The position numbers were made by a program, and so were the translations under genes. 64,000 nucleotides of DNA from a virus, in the IMG/VR virus record IMGVR_UViG_3300005436_000012. One strand, written 5' to 3'. Positions 1-9,374 of this stretch are shown piece after piece. The first letter of the stretch is position 1. Every line of letters begins with the position of its first letter. The notes under the pieces were generated by a model, which saw only the letters and a program-made list of their open reading frames with translations, ran no database searches and was not told where the DNA came from.

Positions 1-511
1 GAATGCGCACGGCTCGATCGAATCGCATACTGCGGGCCTCGCGATCGCCGGGTAGCATCCAGTCTTGTGGCCGGGATGCTCCGCACCACCGTACACATCA
101 TATCCCACTTCGCGCAACTGGGAATTATGCCTATGTTGCGGCAGTCTTGACTGATCCCGAGATTTCTCCGGCGCAGTCGATTGCCCAGTTCTCTAATGCA
201 CGGAAGGCTATTCGTAGCTGCTCGGGCGTGAAAGTCTCCTGGCTCAAGGCGTTGTTGAATTCCCGGGTCATGGTAGTGAACACCGGTTTGAGGCCTTTGG
301 GAAGATTATCCAAAGGGAACGGCTTTACTTTCTTCATGGAGAGTAGTTTACACCAAACGTGATTTCAAGCTGATGGGTTGACGCTCTTCAGAACTATCGA
401 TCGCAGGGCGGCTTGGGAGCGTTCGCGCTCTGATGCTATTTGCTGCAAGAAGCGTCGACATCTGAGCCCATTTGTATTCTCATGACCCTCCTTCGATATC
501 TTCTATAGCCC

Positions 512-940
512 ATGCCTTCCCTACCTTTACCCATCCCCTCCAAAGCCAGACAAGCCGAAATGATCGACGAATTCGGAGACCTGGCGCGCGAAATCGAGCG
601 CTTCAAGCCCACCAAGGACCGGCACGAGCAGCTGCGCGGCCAGATCCAGAGCTGGTACGACGCCAAGCCGGCCACGGAGGCCTTCATCCAGGAAGGCGCG
701 CGCTACTCGCTCGAAATCTCGGAGAAGGCCAACAAGCGCTCCATCACCAAGATGCCGGCGCTGTTCAAGCTGCTGGGTCAGAAGTTGTTTTTGAAATTGT
801 GCGGCTTCGCGCTGGCCGACGTCGACGAAAATATCCCGATCGGGCGCCACAAGGAGTTTCTGACCGAGGCCCAGACCGGACCGCGCAAATTGAAGGCGGT
901 CGCCAAGGTTCAGGCCATCGACGAGCGGAAGGCGGCGTAG
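512..940 (+). CDS. hypothetical protein immediately upstream of coat-like paralog 1 (possible head-assembly protein)
   Basis: 142-aa ORF whose stop overlaps the coat-like gene start; no recognisable motif. Confidence 0.35.
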   Translation: MPSLPLPIPSKARQAEMIDEFGDLAREIERFKPTKDRHEQLRGQIQSWYDAKPATEAFIQEGARYSLEISEKANKRSITKMPALFKLLGQKLFLKLCGFALADVDENIPIGRHKEFLTEAQTGPRKLKAVAKVQAIDERKAA

Positions 941-941
941 C

Positions 942-1805
942 ATGGAGAAATTAGAAGACAACACCGCGGTATGGCTGTTGAAAGTTCTGACAGCAATGGC
1001 GGCGCCGACACTTCTTCAAAACCTCACAATTGGCAGCTTGGTGCTTCGGGACTACGACACCTATATGGCCCAGGCCGGCGACACCGTGAATGTCCCGATC
1101 ATGCCTATCTTGTCTTCGCACACGAACGCTCTGCCGATCGGAAACGCCCAAGTCGTGCTCAACCGGCACATGGAGGCCAGTTTCTCTATTCCAGACATGA
1201 CGGAGTGTCTTGCTAATCCGAAGAGATTAGAAATCTACTTAGCGCCCGCGCTGCTCGCCCTCGCACAGAGTATTGACGGCGATCTGGCGCGGCTGTGGTC
1301 AGGCTTTACTTCAAATCTGCCGATCTCAGCCGCGGCGCTGACGGAGGGCGTGATCGATGACGCCGAAACCGCGTTGTACCTGGCGAAAATTCCCCTGGCT
1401 GAACCCAAATTTATCCTGGCCGATACAAGCATGTACCGCCAGGCTCGTCAAAGCCCTCGATTCGACGACGAGACCGGAAATTTCAAAGGATTACGCGTTG
1501 TCCGTTCGTTGGCCGTAGTTAAAGATTTGGCGCCGCCGGTGACTCACGGGATCGCGTTCGCAGGCGCGGCGATGGGATTGATAAGCCGCCGCCCTCCACC
1601 GCGGCCTTCTGATTATCCGGGTAAAGAATTCGTTGAGGGGCACTCCGAACTCGCGGACATCGGACTCAGGGTCAGATTGTATCCGGACCCGGCCGTATTG
1701 CACCAATCTGGATCCGTCGAATGTCTTTATGGCGTCGGGGTGTTGCGGGAAAAGTTTGGCCTGCAGATCAATGTGTCGGCCGCTGAACAACAGAAGGCGG
1801 CGTAG
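942..1805 (+). CDS. major capsid (coat) protein-like, paralog 1
   Basis: 287 aa; shares AQAGDTVNVPI and GNAQ(I/V)VLN.H(I/M)EA.F.IP motifs with the 58024-58923 ORF, which follows a scaffold-like gene. Confidence 0.5.
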   Translation: MEKLEDNTAVWLLKVLTAMAAPTLLQNLTIGSLVLRDYDTYMAQAGDTVNVPIMPILSSHTNALPIGNAQVVLNRHMEASFSIPDMTECLANPKRLEIYLAPALLALAQSIDGDLARLWSGFTSNLPISAAALTEGVIDDAETALYLAKIPLAEPKFILADTSMYRQARQSPRFDDETGNFKGLRVVRSLAVVKDLAPPVTHGIAFAGAAMGLISRRPPPRPSDYPGKEFVEGHSELADIGLRVRLYPDPAVLHQSGSVECLYGVGVLREKFGLQINVSAAEQQKAA

Positions 1806-2119
1806 TGAGCGGCAGCCGCGCCAAAGCATTGCGCCGCGCATTCGTCCAGAAGCACGGGCGTGTTGCGAATCGCACGACGGTCCAAAAAGGCTCAGCGCTC
1901 GGGCCGGCGTTTCCAGGAAACGAAGGCGGCAAACGCGCCTGGCTGGACGTAATCAAAATCGCGCCCACGCGCATCAGAAAGATTTTCTCGCTGGACAAGG
2001 GACGCGTTGAATCGATCCCAGAGATATTCGTCCGCAAAATCTTCGCCGTCACGACCGTCGAGCCATCGGAATGGCGCCGCTGGAAGAAAGACTGGAAGCG
2101 GAGCCGGAGAAATCCCTGA
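1805..2119 (+). CDS. hypothetical basic protein (GTG start)
   Basis: ORF track only; Arg/Lys-rich. Confidence 0.25.
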   Translation: MSGSRAKALRRAFVQKHGRVANRTTVQKGSALGPAFPGNEGGKRAWLDVIKIAPTRIRKIFSLDKGRVESIPEIFVRKIFAVTTVEPSEWRRWKKDWKRSRRNP

Positions 2120-2362
2120 ATGATCACGCTGGCAATTCGCTGTACATTGATGTTGATCCTCTTCGCGGTGGTCTGGAGGCATGCGCATTGGTCGGTGGCC
2201 CTGTGTCTGACGCTGCAGGGCCTGGCGATCGAGACAACCGGGCTGATCCGCGCCATGAAGGCGCGCCATGAGCGCTTGAGAGCGCAGGCTCTGGCAGCGG
2301 CCTTAGCCGGACAGCAGGAAGCCGAACAGAAAAAGTTTTGGACGTCATTCGAACCCAAATGA
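2120..2362 (+). CDS. putative holin (two predicted TM helices)
   Basis: 80 aa; hydrophobic segments ITLAIRCTLMLILFAVVW and WSVALCLTLQGLAI; lies directly upstream of the endolysin. Confidence 0.4.
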   Translation: MITLAIRCTLMLILFAVVWRHAHWSVALCLTLQGLAIETTGLIRAMKARHERLRAQALAAALAGQQEAEQKKFWTSFEPK

Positions 2363-2381
2363 TGGACCCGGCCCACGTCAC

Positions 2382-2780
2382 GTGACCACCCTCGAACAAT
2401 TCGAAAACGTGTTGACTGCGCTGGCGATCTGGCGCGAGGCCCGCGGGGAATCGCTCGCGGCCCGTGACGGGGTCTATCACGTGATCCGCAACCGGACGCT
2501 GGATGCGGCCAATCGCTGGCCCAAGACTTTTTCCGGGGTCATTCTCCAGACTCTGCAATTTTCCAGTTTCAACGCCCATGATCCCAACGCGGCGAAAATT
2601 CCGACGGCAACGGACGGGGCGTTTATTCAATGTTGCGCGATCGTGGATTCTCCAGGCGCGGATCCGACCTCGGGCGCAAACCACTATCTCAGCATACCGG
2701 CCGGGGATCCGCTTCCGAGCTGGGCGGACTCGAACAAAATAACATGCACGATCGGACCGTTCACTTTTTATAGGTTTTGA
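2382..2780 (+). CDS. endolysin, SleB/Hydrolase_2-like cell wall hydrolase
   Basis: Motifs LAIWREARGES, HVIRNR, QFSSFN are typical of SleB-type cell wall hydrolases. Confidence 0.6.
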   Translation: MTTLEQFENVLTALAIWREARGESLAARDGVYHVIRNRTLDAANRWPKTFSGVILQTLQFSSFNAHDPNAAKIPTATDGAFIQCCAIVDSPGADPTSGANHYLSIPAGDPLPSWADSNKITCTIGPFTFYRF

Positions 2781-2883
2781 AAATGCGCGCTTTGAGCAGG
2801 GCGGCACTCTTATCGAAAGGACGCGCAGACGTCCCGGAGAGAGAGGATCGGGGCCGCTCTGCTGAAGGCGTGAAAGGGAAATA

Positions 2884-3237
2884 ATGGCGAACAACAATTA
2901 TGCAGAGAGATTAAAACTCGGCCAATCCTGGGAGAATCGCTCAGGCGCGGAATGCGGCGCCGCCGAGAGGCCAGCGACCAACGCGGCGATCGGCGAGATA
3001 TCGATCGGTCTCCAGCGCCTCGAGAAATCACTCCACATGGGCGGGGAGACTCTCGACGAGCTGGAGCGCCGCCTGACGCCGGTGCTTCGGCCGATCGGGG
3101 TAGAAACCCTCAAGGGCCTCAATAAGCTCGTGGACGGCCCGATCACAGCACACGGGGAAACCCTGCGGGGCCTGGGCGAACGCGCGGAACAGATGTTCAT
3201 CATGCTCTCTGACATTCTGGCCCGGCTGGAGCTGTAG
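2884..3237 (+). CDS. hypothetical protein
   Basis: 117-aa ORF, no motif. Confidence 0.35.
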   Translation: MANNNYAERLKLGQSWENRSGAECGAAERPATNAAIGEISIGLQRLEKSLHMGGETLDELERRLTPVLRPIGVETLKGLNKLVDGPITAHGETLRGLGERAEQMFIMLSDILARLEL

Positions 3238-3378
3238 GACAAATGGACAATCTGGTGATCGGTCTCGGCATCATTGCTGTCGGAGGGACGATCTATTTTC
3301 TGTTTAACAGCGCCTGGGGCCCGGCCGCGGGCTGTGCCGTCATTTGGTTTGTGTGTTTTCTGTTGTCGAGGTGAAGAG

Positions 3379-3549
3379 ATGCGAATTCTGATCTGTTTCC
3401 TATTGACGTTGCTGCTCTTCGCGGCAGATGCGCCGCAGAGCGATCTCACCGACAAGCAAAAGGTCGAGATGTGGGAACTACTCGGTCAGATGAATGCCCT
3501 GCAGCGCAAGGCGCAAATCCTCCAGCAGGAGATGCAGACGCTCGCATAA
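3379..3549 (+). CDS. small N-terminal-anchor + coiled-coil protein (i-spanin-like candidate)
   Basis: MRILICFLLTLLLFAA hydrophobic N-terminus followed by a coiled-coil-like QKVEMWELLGQMNALQRKAQILQQEMQTLA. Confidence 0.3.
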   Translation: MRILICFLLTLLLFAADAPQSDLTDKQKVEMWELLGQMNALQRKAQILQQEMQTLA

Positions 3550-3558
3550 CGCCGCTGG

Positions 3559-3828
3559 TTGTTCGCTGAGTTACGACCGGATGAATTGGGAAAACTGCAA
3601 AACGGTTGCGGGGAAAAAGTGAGAATGACCGACCACGAAAAAGACCGGCGAAACTTTTGGGAGCATGCGGCGCTCGCGATCGCGCGCGGCGGCCAGGCCT
3701 CGCTCATGATCACGGCGGCATCGGAAGCCCTGAACGCGCGGGATGAATTGTGGCCGGCCGACAAACCGAAGAAGCACGGCAAGCACGCCAAGCACGGCGC
3801 ACGCGGAAAGCACAAGGGGAAGAAATGA
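3559..3828 (+). CDS. hypothetical protein with Lys/His-rich tail
   Basis: C-terminus KKHGKHAKHGARGKHKGKK. Confidence 0.3.
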   Translation: MFAELRPDELGKLQNGCGEKVRMTDHEKDRRNFWEHAALAIARGGQASLMITAASEALNARDELWPADKPKKHGKHAKHGARGKHKGKK

Positions 3829-4625
3829 TTTTCAAAATACTGTACGTGTCCGCATTGCTATTGGCGATGGCCGGATGCGGTTATGTTTCGGCCGACGCGG
3901 GCCACGAAAAAGTGTTGATCGAAAAGCCCATGTTCTTCGGGCACGGCGGCGTGGATCCTGAGCCGGTCCGAACCGGCCGTCAGGTCGTCGCAGCCACGAC
4001 GGACGATGTGGACGTGATCATGCAGCCGCAACAGTTTCAAATCCATGTAACGGATTTAATGACGTCCGATGGTGTTCCGCTCACGTTCGACAGCATCATC
4101 CGCGTGCGCGTGACAGATTCCGTTATGCTCGTCAAAAGCTTTGGACCTGAGTGGTACAAGAACAACATCGAAGCGGAGTTTTTGAATCGTGTCCGGCAGG
4201 CTGTTCGGAAGCACGGCATGAACGAGACCGCCATCAGCACCATCGCGATCGATGCCATCGATCAAGAGATAACCCAGGCGATGCAGCAGCATATCGAGCG
4301 CTCCAAAATACCTTTGGAACTTCTCAAAGTCACCGTTGGTAAAGCAAATCCACCGGACGCCATCAAAAATCAACGCGTCGAGACGGCCACCCAGCAGCAG
4401 CGGATCTTAAGCGAGCAGCAAAGGAAACTGGCCGAGGATCAACGCAAGGCCGCCGAAGCATCGCGCGCCGCGGCGGACAACGCTTACCGCGAGGAAATGC
4501 AATTATCGCCCGATCAATTCCTGCGGCTGGAGCAAATCAAAATGCAGGGCCAGGTCTGCGCGCATGCGCAATGCACGTTCCTGTTTGGTGGCGGGGCGTC
4601 GCCGGTGATTCCGGTTGGACGATAA
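3825..4625 (+). CDS. SPFH/band-7 domain lipoprotein
   Basis: Start MIFKILYVSALLLAMAGCG has a lipobox; SPFH-like core; C-terminal coiled coil QRILSEQQRKLAEDQRKAAEASRAAADNAYREE. Confidence 0.55.
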   Translation: MIFKILYVSALLLAMAGCGYVSADAGHEKVLIEKPMFFGHGGVDPEPVRTGRQVVAATTDDVDVIMQPQQFQIHVTDLMTSDGVPLTFDSIIRVRVTDSVMLVKSFGPEWYKNNIEAEFLNRVRQAVRKHGMNETAISTIAIDAIDQEITQAMQQHIERSKIPLELLKVTVGKANPPDAIKNQRVETATQQQRILSEQQRKLAEDQRKAAEASRAAADNAYREEMQLSPDQFLRLEQIKMQGQVCAHAQCTFLFGGGASPVIPVGR

Positions 4626-4638
4626 ACAAGGAGACGCA

Positions 4639-4866
4639 ATGAAACCGACCATCGGCACAATCGTGATCTACAATCATCCGGGCTCGGCGGACGGAAAATA
4701 TCCGCCCACCCAATCCCCGGCGATCATTCAGAACGTGGCAGCGGACGGCTCGGTGCGCTTGTTCGTGTTCGGTCCCAAGGGCCAACACATGGACGACGGA
4801 TTGACCCAGGGCGATGGTCCGTGCCAGTGGAACTGGCCAGAAATACAGCTCCAGGATTTACTGTAA
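4639..4866 (+). CDS. hypothetical protein
   Basis: 75-aa ORF. Confidence 0.3.
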   Translation: MKPTIGTIVIYNHPGSADGKYPPTQSPAIIQNVAADGSVRLFVFGPKGQHMDDGLTQGDGPCQWNWPEIQLQDLL

Positions 4867-5097
4867 GCGAGTCTGTGCAACGTCCGCGCACGGAAAGGAA
4901 AAAGAATCTCGAACGGGTGGATGAGGCTATGCTGCGCGGGGAGATCCCGCGAGGGCCTTTTTGCTGGTCACGAAACACCTCGCCACCCGTTGGGGACTTT
5001 CGGCAAAAAAGAAGTGAAACCGCACACCCACTCGCGTGCCTCTATTCACATAGCAGGATCGAATCTTGCTGCCCCCGCCGTGGAGAGGGGTTAGCCG

Positions 5098-5562
5098 GTG
5101 GCGAAGGCCGGCTCTAAAGATAGTCAAGTCCCGGTCACCGCTGCTACACCCCAACCTTATTCGTTCGAACCGATCCCCACCGTAGAGCTGCCCGGCGCCT
5201 ATCCGGTGCTCGACATCCTGGGATCCTTTCTCATGTGGGCCGACGAGCACCAGGCCCGTAAGCTGCTGGCCGAGCGCAAGGTGCAAATTCTGAGGCGCAA
5301 GAAGGGCAAGGGCAAGATCATCGGCCTGATGGTGATCCCCGATCCCGACATGCCGGCCGATCAGATCGTCAGCCAAAAGAAATTCTTCGGTCTACCGCAT
5401 AGGCGAGAAACCGAAGACAACCCCGCCAACGTCTGGACCCAGGACAAAATGGGATCCACCCGCAAGTCGATCCCCAACGCCCGGGCGCGCTGGTGCCGGA
5501 AGGTTTGTAAACAGGTCGTGCTCGATTGTCTGACGAAGAACGTCCAGAAGCGGGCCGCATAG
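5098..5562 (+). CDS. hypothetical protein
   Basis: 154-aa ORF. Confidence 0.35.
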   Translation: MAKAGSKDSQVPVTAATPQPYSFEPIPTVELPGAYPVLDILGSFLMWADEHQARKLLAERKVQILRRKKGKGKIIGLMVIPDPDMPADQIVSQKKFFGLPHRRETEDNPANVWTQDKMGSTRKSIPNARARWCRKVCKQVVLDCLTKNVQKRAA

Positions 5563-5574
5563 GAGAAAAGCTAA

Positions 5575-5807
5575 TGCACTACAAAAATGGACGGGAAGCA
5601 AAGAACGGCGACAAAGTTGTGCTGATGTCGACTTATGCCGCGCCCTTCGTTGGAATACTATACGACGCGACGGCAGGAAACGACTATTGCAACGGAAAGA
5701 TCGCACCGATCAAACCGAATGATCCATGCCCGAATCTGAAGGAATGCCTGCATCTTGACGACGTGATCAAGGCCCTTCCAGCGGAAGTTCCCGACAGCTC
5801 GGCTTAA
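5575..5807 (+). CDS. hypothetical protein
   Basis: Internal Met start (MHYKNGREAKNG...) of ORF 5526-5807. Confidence 0.3.
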
Positions 5808-5812
5808 GCCCT

Positions 5813-6004
5813 ATGGCCGCGCCGATCTCGATCGATATCCGCGTCCTGTTCGCCGAAGAGCTGGCCGAGTTGCTGACGGCCTGCGCGCAGCTGATCGCAC
5901 GCAACCCGGAACATCCGGGCGTGCTGGATCTGATCGCGGCCTGCGAACGATTCACCGGTCAAGAGCCATTCGAGGTCCCCGAACTCCGGCGCTCGAGAAA
6001 TTAG
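5813..6004 (+). CDS. hypothetical protein
   Basis: 63-aa ORF. Confidence 0.25.
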   Translation: MAAPISIDIRVLFAEELAELLTACAQLIARNPEHPGVLDLIAACERFTGQEPFEVPELRRSRN

Positions 6005-6558
6005 TGACTGAAACTGAGTTTGCCCGCGAACTCGAAGCCGCATTGCCGATGATGGCGAAAACGGCCCACTTCTTTAAGGCGCCAGGCGACAATACAGAGG
6101 ACATCGTCCAGCAGGCGGCCATGAAGGCGTGGGAGCATCGCGCGCGGTTTCGCGGGGGCTGCCAGATGACCACCTGGTTGTATAAGATCGTCCGGAATGT
6201 AGTCTTCGACAAAAGCCGCAAGGCCAGAACGCGGCCGCATGAAATCCAGTTGCTGATTGCGAACAGCCACAAAACCAAATGGACGACCGGACCTGACCAA
6301 TATATCGACCCGCCCGACGAGCGCATGGTCCCAGCCGATCTGCAGGCGTCAAAAAAGGAACAGCTCGGGAAACTGGACGGATTCATTCAGCGTTTGAGTG
6401 CAGGCGACCAAGCGGCCATACGGCTGATGCTCGCCGGCAAGATGAACCTGGAGCCAACAACCGGCGCCAAGACCCGCTATCACCGCGCGCTGCGCAAACT
6501 GAAGCGCATGAATTTCTCGGCGTTCATCGCCTCGGAGCGCGCACGAACAAAAACCTGA
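6004..6558 (+). CDS. ECF-type sigma-70 family sigma factor
   Basis: Region 2-like DIVQQAAMKAWEH...TWLYKIVRNVVFDKSRK and region 4-like TRYHRALRKLK. Confidence 0.6.
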   Translation: MTETEFARELEAALPMMAKTAHFFKAPGDNTEDIVQQAAMKAWEHRARFRGGCQMTTWLYKIVRNVVFDKSRKARTRPHEIQLLIANSHKTKWTTGPDQYIDPPDERMVPADLQASKKEQLGKLDGFIQRLSAGDQAAIRLMLAGKMNLEPTTGAKTRYHRALRKLKRMNFSAFIASERARTKT

Positions 6559-6596
6559 TCCAACGCTGGCAAGCGTCGAAAGAAAAAGAGACTAAT

Positions 6597-6956
6597 TTGG
6601 CCGCTGCAATCATCCCCATCCTCTCCTCCGCCATACCGCTCCTGCGCCCCTACATTATTTCGCTCGTCACGCATGTAGAGCATCTGTTTGGACCCAAGAC
6701 CGGCCCGACCAAGTTCGACGCCGTATTGAAGGCGCTGCTCGACGCGGCCAGCAAACTATCGACTGCCGGCAAGCTTCCCGGCACGCTCGATCCAGGCTCG
6801 GCCGGATCGATGATTGAATCCATCGTGCAGGAATTGAAAGCTCTGGGAATATTGAATCCCGCCGGAGTCGCTCCCATCGTGCAGGCTGGATCCGTATTGC
6901 CGCCGGCGAGCGGGTCGATGCTGAAGATCGTGGGCGGAACGCTTCAGATCGGATGA
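6597..6956 (+). CDS. hypothetical Ala/Leu/Pro-rich protein
   Basis: 119-aa ORF. Confidence 0.3.
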   Translation: MAAAIIPILSSAIPLLRPYIISLVTHVEHLFGPKTGPTKFDAVLKALLDAASKLSTAGKLPGTLDPGSAGSMIESIVQELKALGILNPAGVAPIVQAGSVLPPASGSMLKIVGGTLQIG

Positions 6957-6986
6957 GCTGTTTCGCTTTGAAAAAGGAAATCTAAA

Positions 6987-7142
6987 ATGCTAGTGCTGAT
7001 CATCATTCTCATCCTGGTCTTCGGATTAGGCGGCGGCTATTACGGCCACACCAATTGGGGCACGCAAGGCGGTCTGGGCATCGGCGTCGGGACGGTGTTG
7101 CTGATCCTGCTGATCTGCTGGCTGCTGGGGCTGTTCCGATAA
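6987..7142 (+). CDS. small hydrophobic membrane protein (51 aa)
   Basis: MLVLIIILILVFGLGGGYYGHTNWGTQGGLGIGVGTVLLILLICWLLGLFR read directly from sequence; below the ORF-track size cutoff. Confidence 0.3.
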   Translation: MLVLIIILILVFGLGGGYYGHTNWGTQGGLGIGVGTVLLILLICWLLGLFR

Positions 7143-7772
7143 ATGGCGCGGCGAAATAAAACGGAAACCGCCGTGGCGCCGGCGACATCGGATCCCCGGC
7201 CTGGCGGAGTACTCGCGCAGGACTACGAGCTGGTCGACGTCTCCCAGTTGCAGGTGCACCCCGACAATCCCCGGCAGGGCGATATCGGCGCGATCGCCAA
7301 ATCGATCGCCATCAATGGATTCTTCGGCGCCGTCGTGGTGCAGAAATCCACCAGCCGGATATTGGCCGGCAACCATCGCTTCGAAGCCGCCAAGGGCGAG
7401 GGATTGAAGCAGATCCCGGTGATCTGGATCGATTGCGACGATGCCGCGGCCCTCAAGATCCTGCTGGCCGACAACAAATTATCCGACGATGCCGTGTACG
7501 ATGAAACGGCCCTCGCCACGCTGCTGATGGACGCCCGCAACCAGGGGAATCTGGAGGGAACGGGCTACACGGAAGTCGACCTGGGCGAATTGTTCAAACG
7601 CATGGGCGACGAGATCCTGAAGGCGGCCGAGCCGGAGGAAAAGAAATCAGGCGAAGGCCGGACGGAGCTCGAGTACCGGGTGATCGTCGAATGCGAATCG
7701 GAAGAACAACAGACGGAACTGCTCGAACGCTTCGAGGCCGAGGGTCTCGAATGCAAGCCACTCATTTCCTAG
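7143..7772 (+). CDS. ParB-like nuclease (ParB N-terminal domain) protein
   Basis: VDVSQLQVHPDNPRQ ... ILAGNHRFEAAK (ParB box-like); acidic C-terminus. Confidence 0.6.
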   Translation: MARRNKTETAVAPATSDPRPGGVLAQDYELVDVSQLQVHPDNPRQGDIGAIAKSIAINGFFGAVVVQKSTSRILAGNHRFEAAKGEGLKQIPVIWIDCDDAAALKILLADNKLSDDAVYDETALATLLMDARNQGNLEGTGYTEVDLGELFKRMGDEILKAAEPEEKKSGEGRTELEYRVIVECESEEQQTELLERFEAEGLECKPLIS

Positions 7773-7773
7773 C

Positions 7774-8937
7774 GTGAAAATCGATATAGCCGTCGAGACG
7801 GAAATCTCGCAATCCACGCGGGCGAAACAGCTGTCGGCCATGTTCGATGTGCCGGCATCCAAGAAATGCTCGCTGCGCTGGTCAGGCGATCTGCCGATCG
7901 AGGATTTCAACTGGAATGTTGGCTTGATCGTGGGGCCATCCGGATCCGGCAAATCGACCATCGCACGGAATCTGTTCGGTGAAAACTTCGATGTGCCGTT
8001 TGAATGGACGGGCAAGAGCGTCATCGATGATTTCTCGGCCCTGCATTCCATGCAGGAGATTTCAGAAGTCTGTCAGGCGGTCGGCTTCAACACCATTCCG
8101 GCGTGGCTTAGGCCCTACAAAATCCTATCGAACGGCGAGCGTTTCCGCGTCGACTTGGCGCGGCGGCTGCTGGAGCTTCCCAATCCGATCGTCGTGGATG
8201 AATTCACGAGCGTGGTCGACCGCCAGGTGGCTCAGATCGGCGCGCACGCGGTCCAGAAATTCGCGCGGCGGCTCGATCGCCAGTTCGTCGCGGTCTCCTG
8301 CCACATGGATATCCTCGATTGGCTGCAGCCAGATTGGATCTTTCAGCCGGCGACGATGCACTTTGCCCGGAGGTCGCTTCAGCGACGCCCAACGCTCGAC
8401 GTCACGATCAGCCGGGTTCCTTACGCCGCTTGGAAACTGTTCGCTCCGTTTCACTATCTGACGGGGAATTTGCATCGCGCAGCGACGTGTTTTTGCCTGT
8501 TCATGGGCAATCGCCCGGCGTCTTTCGGGGCCATGCTGCATCGGCCTCATCCCAGGGTCCGGGACATCATGGGGCTTTCGCGATTGGTCACGCTGCCCGA
8601 TTGGCAAGGGCTGGGGCTAGCCATGATCCTTGCAGACAAACTGGGCGCGGCTTATAAGGCCATCGGGAAACGCATGCACACCTACCCGGCGCATCCAGCA
8701 TTGATTCGCAGCTTCGCAAAATCTGAAAACTGGCATCTGGAAAAAGCCGCCGGCACGTTCGCGCCCTCGACCGGCAACCGTCGACGCCTCGCATTGGGGC
8801 AGAAACTAGTGTCCTCGCGTGGCACTCAAAAGGCCATCGCGGGCGCTGCCGACATGGGCGGGCGTCCTTGTGCGGTGTATGAATACTGCGGCGAGCGAAT
8901 GGAACCGAAACAGGCGGGTCTGATGTTGGGCTTATGA
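7774..8937 (+). CDS. ABC-type ATPase fused to a C-terminal GNAT-like domain
   Basis: Walker A GPSGSGKST, signature-like LSNGERFRVDLARRL, Walker B IVVDEFTSVVD; C-terminal DWQGLGLAMIL resembles a GNAT Q/RxxGxG/A motif. Confidence 0.5.
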   Translation: MKIDIAVETEISQSTRAKQLSAMFDVPASKKCSLRWSGDLPIEDFNWNVGLIVGPSGSGKSTIARNLFGENFDVPFEWTGKSVIDDFSALHSMQEISEVCQAVGFNTIPAWLRPYKILSNGERFRVDLARRLLELPNPIVVDEFTSVVDRQVAQIGAHAVQKFARRLDRQFVAVSCHMDILDWLQPDWIFQPATMHFARRSLQRRPTLDVTISRVPYAAWKLFAPFHYLTGNLHRAATCFCLFMGNRPASFGAMLHRPHPRVRDIMGLSRLVTLPDWQGLGLAMILADKLGAAYKAIGKRMHTYPAHPALIRSFAKSENWHLEKAAGTFAPSTGNRRRLALGQKLVSSRGTQKAIAGAADMGGRPCAVYEYCGERMEPKQAGLMLGL

Positions 8938-8981
8938 TGATCGAATGGACCGAGGTGCTCGAATGGCCCTTCGCGGGCGAT

Positions 8982-9374
8982 TCAAAAGAGGGGTTTCTGG
9001 GGATTGAGCTTCCCGAGCAATTCATCGTCGAGCCAAAACAACCCGAGCCGCCCGCGCATCGGGAAAAACTTTAACGGCTTTGGGTCGCTCAGGATCCAAG
9101 CGTAGGGGCCTTCAAACCAGGGGCTGGGATGTTGGAGCACGATTTCCCGCAGATTCACCTGGCCCACGATGCCGCCGCGCTCGAATTCGGCGGGCAGCGT
9201 GATGCCGCGTCCAAGGCACAGCCGCCGGATGCCGGCGACGTCCTTCGCCAGATGCGTACCGGCGTGAATCAGCAGCGGCCCGCGATGGCGCGTGTACCAA
9301 GTGCGGTTCTCCACCGACTTGTGGCCGTTGACGACCAGCCAGGCGTAGGGCTGTTTGATGCTGAGAATTTTCAA
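8982..9374 (-). CDS. ASCH domain protein
   Basis: MKILSIKQPYAWLVVNGHKSVENR N-terminus; paralogous to the N-terminal domain of the 19356-20090 protein. Confidence 0.55.
   Translation of the reverse strand: MKILSIKQPYAWLVVNGHKSVENRTWYTRHRGPLLIHAGTHLAKDVAGIRRLCLGRGITLPAEFERGGIVGQVNLREIVLQHPSPWFEGPYAWILSDPKPLKFFPMRGRLGLFWLDDELLGKLNPQKPLF

Noticed and set aside
3-362. 119-aa ORF at the window edge
   Set aside because: Truncated by the window start and low-complexity, with an overlapping antisense ORF. Not enough evidence to call it.
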